This document shows, piece by piece, positions 55,201 through 64,000 of a stretch of DNA of 64,000 nucleotides. A program made the translations under genes and the position numbers. The notes under the pieces were generated by a model. The model was given only the letters and a program-made list of their open reading frames with translations, was not told the origin of the DNA and did not search any database. This DNA comes from Eledone cirrhosa (taxonomy: Eukaryota): assembly GCA_964016885.1 (NCBI GenBank), contig OZ024742.1, positions 221,650,001 through 221,714,000 on the forward strand. Reading direction: 5' to 3'. Each line of letters begins with the position of its first letter. Positions within the stretch are counted from its first letter, which is position 1.

Positions 55201-55883
55201 TAGGTCTTCAAAATGTTTATTATAAACATACAGAATATTTTCGAATATTCTATGTCTATATTCACATATATATCGCTATTTCAGAGCATTTATTCCAATT
55301 TCTAATTTCTGCCTGACCGGCAACCGCTCTTTCAAACCAGTTCCTGTACACAGCTAAGTATTCTATAAGTCTCTAGCTGTGTCATTCTCGATGAAAGCAC
55401 TGGATATGTAGTCCTGATGAATTCTAACAAGAATGAAACGCGTAGACTTACTTCCCTTGCTTTTATCGAGAATCTAATTGTAATACGTGACGTATTCTAT
55501 TCTATAGCGATTAGGTCTTCAAAATGTTTATTATAAACATACAGAATATTTTCGAATATTCTATGTCTATATTCACATATATATCGCTATTTCAGAGCAT
55601 TTATTCCAATTTCTAATTTCTGCCTGACCGGCAACCGCTCTTTCAAACCAGTTCCTGTACACAGCTAAGTATTCTATAAGTCTCTAGCTGTGTCATTCTC
55701 GATGAAAGCACTGGATATGTAGTCCTGATGAATTCTAACAAGAATGAAACGCGTAGACTTACTTCCCTTGCTTTTATCGAGAATCTAATTGTAATACGTG
55801 ACGTATTCTATTCTATAGCGATTAGGTCTTCAAAATGTTTATTATAAACATACAGAATATTTTCGAATATTCTATGTCTATAT
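52269..55883 (+). repeat. Tandem array of the same 311-bp unit inverted (about 11.6 copies) with 12 hammerhead ribozyme motifs on the + strand; right arm
   Basis: Reverse complement of the left-arm unit; CTGATGA at 52304, 52615, 52926 ... 54481 ... 55725, period 311. One substitution noticed by eye (52844). Confidence 0.93.
52298..52341 (+). ncRNA. Minimal type I hammerhead ribozyme (representative copy; repeated every 311 nt)
   Basis: gtagtc (stem I) - CTGATGA - attct aaca agaat (stem II, 5 bp) - GAAA - CGCG - TA^ - gacttac (stem I partner, one bulge). Complete CUGANGA/GAAA/UH core. Palindromic ACGCGU stem III is typical of Penelope-associated dimeric hammerheads. Predicted cleavage after 52334. 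Confidence 0.88.
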
Positions 55884-55886
55884 ATG

Positions 55887-55991
<105 letters not shown>

Positions 55992-55992
55992 G

Positions 55993-56167
<175 letters not shown>

Positions 56168-56190
56168 GTATGTATATATATATGTATATG

Positions 56191-56319
<129 letters not shown>

Positions 56320-56421
56320 GTATGTATGTATATATATATGTATGTATATATATATGTATGTATGTATATATATATGTATGTATGTGTATATATATATATA
56401 TGTATGTATATATATATGTAT

Positions 56422-56485
<64 letters not shown>

Positions 56486-56508
56486 GTATATATATATGTA
56501 TATATATG

Positions 56509-56677
<169 letters not shown>

Positions 56678-56702
56678 GTATATATATATGTATATATATA
56701 TG

Positions 56703-56737
<35 letters not shown>

Positions 56738-56738
56738 G

Positions 56739-56769
<31 letters not shown>

Positions 56770-56770
56770 G

Positions 56771-56837
<67 letters not shown>

Positions 56838-56850
56838 GTATGTATATATG

Positions 56851-57087
<237 letters not shown>

Positions 57088-57386
57088 ATATATATATATG
57101 TATGTATATATATGTATATATATATATGTATGTATATATATATATATATATGTATGTATATATATGTATATATATATATGTATATATATATATGTATGTA
57201 TATATATATATATGTATGTATGTATATGTATATATATATATGTATATATATATATGTATGTATATATATATATATGTATGTATGTATATGTATATATATA
57301 TATATATGTATGTATATATATATATATGTATGTATGTATATGTATATATATATATATATGTATGTATATATATATGTATATATATG

Positions 57387-57419
<33 letters not shown>

Positions 57420-57430
57420 GTATATATATG

Positions 57431-57463
<33 letters not shown>

Positions 57464-57474
57464 GTATATATATG

Positions 57475-57585
<111 letters not shown>

Positions 57586-57702
57586 GTATGTATATATATA
57601 TGTATGTATGTATGTATATATATATATGTATGTATATATGTATGTATGTATATATTTATGTATATGTATGTATGTATGTATATATATATATGTATATATA
57701 TG

Positions 57703-57779
<77 letters not shown>

Positions 57780-57806
57780 GTATATATATACATATATATA
57801 TATATG

Positions 57807-57837
<31 letters not shown>

Positions 57838-57838
57838 G

Positions 57839-57869
<31 letters not shown>

Positions 57870-57871
57870 GT

Positions 57872-57905
<34 letters not shown>

Positions 57906-58187
57906 GTATATATATACATATATATACGTATGTATGTATATATATATATGTATGTATATATATATATGTATGTATATATATATGTATGTATGTATATATA
58001 TATATATGTATGTATATACATATATATACATATGTATGTATATATATATATGTATGTATATATATATATGTATGTATATATATATATATGTATGTATATA
58101 TATATATATGTATGTATATATATATATATGTATGTATATATATATATATGTATGTATATATATATATATATATATGTATATGTATGT

Positions 58188-58219
<32 letters not shown>

Positions 58220-58288
58220 GTATATATATACATATATATACATATGTATGTATATATATATATGTATGTATATATATATATATGTATG

Positions 58289-58319
<31 letters not shown>

Positions 58320-58340
58320 GTATGTATATATGTATGTATG

Positions 58341-58371
<31 letters not shown>

Positions 58372-58387
58372 GTATGTATATTGTGAA

Positions 58388-58503
58388 GGCGTGTGGCTGA
58401 ATGGTTAGAGTATTGGATTCACAATCGTGAGGTTGTGAGTTCGATTCCTGAACCAGGCGATGCGTTATGTCCTTGAGCAAGACACTTTATTTCACGTTGC
58501 TCC
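58388..58503 (+). mobile_element. tRNA-derived SINE with CORE-like domain; other copies near 2350-2600, 6830-7000 (-), 16012-16140, 16405-16720, 20149-20350, 33570-33705 (-)
   Basis: Pol III A box TGGCTGAATGG, B box GTTCGATTCC, followed by tgtccttgagcaagacacttt. Confidence 0.75.
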
Positions 58504-58621
58504 TTCTACCTGGAGTTGTGACCGATAGATAGTATTAGCAATTGGAAAGACCAACGGAAACATAGTTTCCTCGGTCCGATTTGACGAAAGTCGATCGACT
58601 AGAAAAAATGTATGTATATAT

Positions 58622-58662
<41 letters not shown>

Positions 58663-59442
58663 TATATGTATGTATATATATATATATATGTATGTATGTA
58701 TGTATATATATATATATGTATGTATGTATATATATATATATATATGTATGTATATATATATCTATATATGTATGTATATATATATCTATATATATATGTA
58801 TGTATATATATATATATATATGTATGTATATATATATATATCTATATATGTATGTATATATATATCTATATATGTATGTATGTATATGTATGTATGTATG
58901 TATATATATGTATGTATGTATATATATGTATATATATATATGTATGTATGTATGTATATATATGTATATATATATATATATGTATGTATATATATGTATA
59001 TATATATATATATGTATATGTATGTATGTATATGTATGTATATATATGTATGTATGTGTATGTATGTATGTATATGTATGTATATATATATGTATATATA
59101 TGTATATATATGTATATATGTATATATATATGTATATATGTATATATATGTATATGTATATATATGTATATATGTGTGTATATATGTATATATGTGTGTA
59201 TATATGTGTGTATATATGTATATATGTGTATATATGTATATATGTATGTATATGTATATATGTATATATATGTATATGTATATGTATATATGTATATATA
59301 TGTGTATATATGTATATATATGTATATATATGTATATAGGTATTGAAGTTTTGTTGAAGACAGAAAAAGTCATAGGAGTGAAGAGTGCTCTATGTAAGTA
59401 CCAGAGCAAAATTTAATGTATAAAAAACCACAATACAATATA

Positions 59443-59520
59443 ATTACCTCATTACCAGAGGTTTCCCGAATAAGGCGAATACGAAAGAAACGTCTTCATT
59501 CGTTCGTCGGACGAGGCAAT
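59443..59520 (-). ncRNA. Degenerate type I hammerhead-like motif, unrelated in sequence to the array
   Basis: - strand reads attgcctcgt - CCGACGA - long imperfect stem II (cgaatga/ttattcg) - GAAA - CC tct GG - TA^ - atgaggtaat. Stem I has 10 bp (2 GU). The core carries U4>C and the first stem II pair is mismatched. Confidence 0.5.
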
Positions 59521-61091
59521 ATAAAACATAGCTAAATATTTGGAAAGTCTCCTCAAGAAATGCAAAAAAAAATTATGTAAATATAGGTGAAGGTAATACA
59601 ATAGACATAAAATATATAAAAAAAATTTTAAGAAATATAGTTAGGTGTGTGTGTGTATAGTGAAAATGTGTGCGTAAATATATATATGAGGGTAAGTATA
59701 TCTATGTATATGTAATTACAGACACAGACATGAATGTCCGGTTGACAGGTATACAGAAAAACAGGGTATTAGATACATTATAAGAATATGAAGGCACGCG
59801 TATAAACACACACACACACACACACACACGCGCGTACACTTATATGAGGAAGAAAAAGAGGTAAGGGAGTTTAATAGTAAAAAGAAAGTATCATTCTCGA
59901 TATATTTATAAAAATGGAACAATAATTTAGAAAGAAAAAAAATTTCGAAGTAAAGAAAACAAACAAGGTACACGCGTACATACACACATATATCTATAAG
60001 AAACGTATATATATATACACACGAAACGTGCAGACAAAAGCGTATGCAAGTATACATACGCACACAGGATGCACACATATACATACATACACCTCGCCCC
60101 ATGTATATCTGATCACGCGTACGTACGCGACTGTATACTCACACACATACGCACACTTACACATCCATACATTCAGTACGTACACACACACACATACATA
60201 CTCACGCACGTTGACCCGCTTACATGTGCACACATAAAAATAAGAATGTAAAAAACATAGATGTAAAAACACACACACACACACACATATATATACACGC
60301 ACAAGCGCGCACATACGGAGGCGTTCGTGTACATATACAGAAAGTATACACATAGATACAGGGTGTAAAAACGGCCTTGTGAATAAGTGAGTACAAATAT
60401 AAAAAAATATAAAAATGGCTGCGAAATAACAGAAAATATCTGGAGTGGAAAACGCAAGTGACTTGTATAATCAGGTAGATATACATATATATGTGTGTGT
60501 GTGTGTACCTGTTTTATTTGTCTTGCAGCTCAGCAGGTTGATGTGTAAAGATGAGTTAAATAAATACGTTAGTTAATCCTTTTGTTACTATATTTCTAAT
60601 GAAACAGTCTAATGATTTTTAAATCATTTTGAAAATAATGAGGAATTTAGTAATATAACTTTCTCATTAAGTTGGTGTTTAGAGCTTAAAGGTTCTTATG
60701 TAGAATTATGATGGAAGGTTTTAAGATAAACACAATCTTCCTTCACAATTCATGAAGTTATGCTCCAAACACAAGCTTAATAATGAAAACATTAGTCATA
60801 TTATTAAAACCCTCAAATTTTTGATTATTTTCAAAATTATTTGAAAAGTTTAGATGTCTTTTGTTCTTTTTAAATATGGTAACAAAAGTGATAGGTGCAT
60901 GTATGGCTGTATACAGTTACAAAATTTTGCTTCACAGCTTCTAGCCAAAATATCTTATGAGTGAATTTGGTAGACAGAAATTTTGCAGGAACCCATTGTG
61001 TGTGCAGTGTCTTCTTTTCATTAGAAATATGCTAACAAAAAGGTTAATTTAATGTCTGTATATTGACTATTGTGTTTATATTATTTTTCAG

Positions 61092-61294
61092 CATATGATC
61101 AAGTGCCTGTGGATTCTATGCAAGGGTTAGAAATCGGGAGCCACCAGGGCAGTGGATACGGACCAATGGATAATCTACCAGATCTTGGGCCTCCCCCTGC
61201 AGAGGACTTAAATTTTGAAAACTTAGATACTGGCCTACCTGCCCACACAGGAGATAACAACCAGGGTATGGCCTGGTACGACACTGACTTATAA
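61092..61294 (+). CDS. CTNNB1: Beta-catenin exon 15, terminal coding exon (AYDQVPVDSMQGLEI...GMAWYDTDL*)
   Basis: ttttcag acceptor; PVDSMQGLEI motif and C-terminal PDZ-binding WYDTDL followed by TAA. Confidence 0.97.
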
Positions 61295-62554
61295 AATAAT
61301 AATAATAATAATATTAATGATATTATTCAGACGTTGTACATCAAGATATTGGATGGAAACCATAGAGAAAGAAATCTATATACTACTGATACATGATACA
61401 CCATCACCACCACATGATCCATTATATTTACAATGCCCATGTCTTGAAGAAACATAACAAAACAGAAACAAAGTGTCCACAATGCATATCACACACTATC
61501 TCAGTTGATCTTTTAGAATCATTAATTATGTCAATTGGAAAAAAAACCTCATTTATTCTCTCCATTTCACCACACCACCACCACCACCACCACCACCACC
61601 ACTATTACTACTACTACTACAACCACTGAATTTACGTTGGACCATAACTGCAGAAGCCATTCCAACATCCAGCCTCCTCCACCTTCTCGTTCTCTTCCTC
61701 CTACCCCTATAGTATGGCTATTAGCCACTAAGGGACTGACTGGGATCTATCTGCAAATGCCCTCCCCCTTTTATTTTCTCTTCTGCCGTGGTGTCACCTC
61801 TGTATTAATTATGGCCTCTGTCCCACCCGATTTTGACTGCTTTTTTTTTTTTTTTACCCACCTCTGTCCCTAAAATCTCCCAAAGCAAGCCAGCTGTTGC
61901 ATACACTTAACTGTAACTGCATCTTATATTTTTTCCTGTCTGTCTGTATATATAAACTTTTTTTCTTCTCTCCCCAACCCCATTTTATTATTTACAGTTA
62001 TTACCAAAATTTATCATTTACTAACACATTGTTTGTCCCCATCTTTTCATCCCCTCAACCCTATCCAACTTTGGATTAAAATGAAATCGTTCATACCTTC
62101 ATTTCACTTATCCCCTTCCCAGATAATCTCTGACCCCCTTTCCTCATTGACCCTTCCATTCATATTTTCATTTCACTTATCTTCCCTAATAATCTTTCTT
62201 CCCCCCCTCCTTTCAGTCATTCATTCATTCATATAATTTTTTTTCTTATTTTGCATATTTGGCTTTTTTTTTTATTGTTTTCCCTGTTGTTTCTCTGTCA
62301 ATCTCTCACTTCCTATCTATTTCTTTCTCTCTATCACTCTCTCTTTCTGTCTCCTATGTTGCTTTACTCTCGCAGCCTTTCTTTCCTAATGCTTCATGTA
62401 TTCTTTATTATATATATGTATATATATATACATACCTGTCTTTTCCTTTAGCATCCCATTTAACTATAGTTCTATAAATCTCTCTCTCTATATATATATA
62501 TATCTATATATATATATATATATATATTCACACATGCACATATATGTATGTATG

Positions 62555-62591
<37 letters not shown>

Positions 62592-63522
62592 GTATGTGTG
62601 TGTGTATATATATATAATCAGTTGTTAGAGCAGATGATACTACAACCCTGTTGGTATGTCTCTGCTGCATTGGATGTTGCACCTTAGTTTACTAGTAGTC
62701 CACTCTAGCTGTGCTTTAGTGAACTATTTCTCCTGTGCTTTAGTCATGTAGTTTCACGGTTGACATCTATGTCTACCTTGCAATATTGCTGTATCATGCT
62801 CACTAGAAATATATGTATGCATGTCTTTATATAAAATAAACTGGGTTTTTTTTTTATGTCTTGTCTTGTTTTGTTTTCTTCTGTCGTAGCCCATTCATTA
62901 GTGTATTTTTAATGAAATACATTGCCAATGTTCATTGGTTTATACAAAACTGTTTTTAAATGTTTACATTTATCCAGAAATCTTACATCATAATTTTATA
63001 TTAAGAATCTTTATATTCCAAATACCAGATAAATTGAGAAAGTTGGTTCATCATCATCGTTTAACATCCATGTTCCACGCTAGCATTGGTTATATTACTA
63101 ATTCCCTCCAAGTCCTTCATTATTTTCAAAATTATAGGTTGCCTTTTATGGTAATGAAATGATTAAATTCTCAGTGGTGTAGGGTAATTGCAAGGCCACC
63201 ACTGCCATTACTTCTTTTGTTAACATATTTCTATGAAAGACACATTCTATAATTTCCAAATCATTTCCAAAATAATAATTTGGAGGTAGGTAACTAATAT
63301 AACTTTCTCATTAAGTTGTGTTGTCTCAAACGGTCCCCTTTCTTAACCCTTAATTAATACCAAACCATCACCGGTTCTATGATAGTTTGTTTTAAATTAT
63401 CCAGATTTATTTTTAAATCTTCCATCGTGATTTTATGTAAAGACTTTTCAGTTATGCTCAATGCTATTGGATAATTTCAGGGCCAGTGCTGTCATTAAGG
63501 CCAACTAGACAGCTGTCTAAGG

Positions 63523-63695
63523 CAGTGGTTCCCAAAGTGGGTTCCTCAAAGGATTGTCTAGGGTTCCGTGAAAAAAAAACCTAGAGGAGTATATTTATAT
63601 TACAACCATATAACAGTATTAGGCTTTGGGGTCTCTCTCCCCCAAGTTTCCGAACCAAAAAGGGTTCCGCATTTGAAAAAGTTTGGGAAACCCTG
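63523..63695. mobile_element. hAT (Charlie-type) MITE
   Basis: TIRs CAGTGGTTCCCAAA / TTTGGGAAACCCTG; 8-bp TSD gtctaagg / gtctaggg. Confidence 0.85.
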
Positions 63696-64000
63696 GTCTA
63701 GGGCATAGACCTCAGAAGTACATTACTGAACTTTAAAGGATCAGTTTTATACAAATTTTTATAATTAATTTAAGTATTTAATTTCCTGCAATCAATAAAT
63801 AAATCACTAAACATCTTTATTGCATAGCAGTGTTGTGGAAATATCCAAAACAGTGAGAGGTTTGTTAGTGTTATGACTTGGCATGGATGAGTGTGGATTA
63901 TCATCATTTCATCATCATTTTACGTCTGCTTTTTCCCTGCTTGCAAGGGTGGGACTATATAGTGAAAATTGCAGGCTTAGTAATTCTTTTAGTATAGTCA

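Noticed and set aside
48993-55883. CRISPR array or protein-coding repeat
   Set aside because: Units are identical over their whole length with no variable spacers, no cas genes are present, the context is a eukaryotic intron, and no ORF spans the unit.
58388-58460. tRNA gene
   Set aside because: A and B boxes are present but there is no proper acceptor stem, and it continues into a SINE body found in multiple decayed copies.
58515-58608. Hairpin-rich segment after the SINE head (ggaaac-ata-gtttcc; gtcgatcgac) as another ribozyme
   Set aside because: No hammerhead or HDV core could be assembled on either strand.
62835-63803. Poly(A) signals (AATAAA near 62835 and 63794) for beta-catenin
   Set aside because: AATAAA is common in this AT-rich DNA; it cannot be assigned without transcript data.

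Overview
Eukaryotic, very AT-rich animal genomic DNA. The repeat landscape suggests an octopus or other coleoid cephalopod (inference, not verified). The window holds one complete + strand beta-catenin (armadillo/CTNNB1) coding sequence: 15 coding exons from 7066 to 61294, all GT-AG with consistent phases, 2541 nt, 846 aa. The introns carry a decayed full-length piggyBac with its MITE derivatives, RTE-clade LINE copies, tRNA-derived SINEs and Helitron-like elements; a hAT MITE lies downstream. The 27.9-kb last intron is mostly (TA)n/(TATG)n microsatellite. Embedded in it is the most notable feature: a 6.9-kb array of near-identical 311-bp units, each encoding a minimal type I hammerhead ribozyme (CUGAUGA...GAAACGCGUA, Penelope/retrozyme type). 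The array has two oppositely oriented blocks, with 10 antisense and 12 sense ribozymes relative to the beta-catenin pre-mRNA. The inversion junction lies about 5 nt from the predicted cleavage site. A second, unrelated and degenerate hammerhead-like motif lies at 59443-59520.
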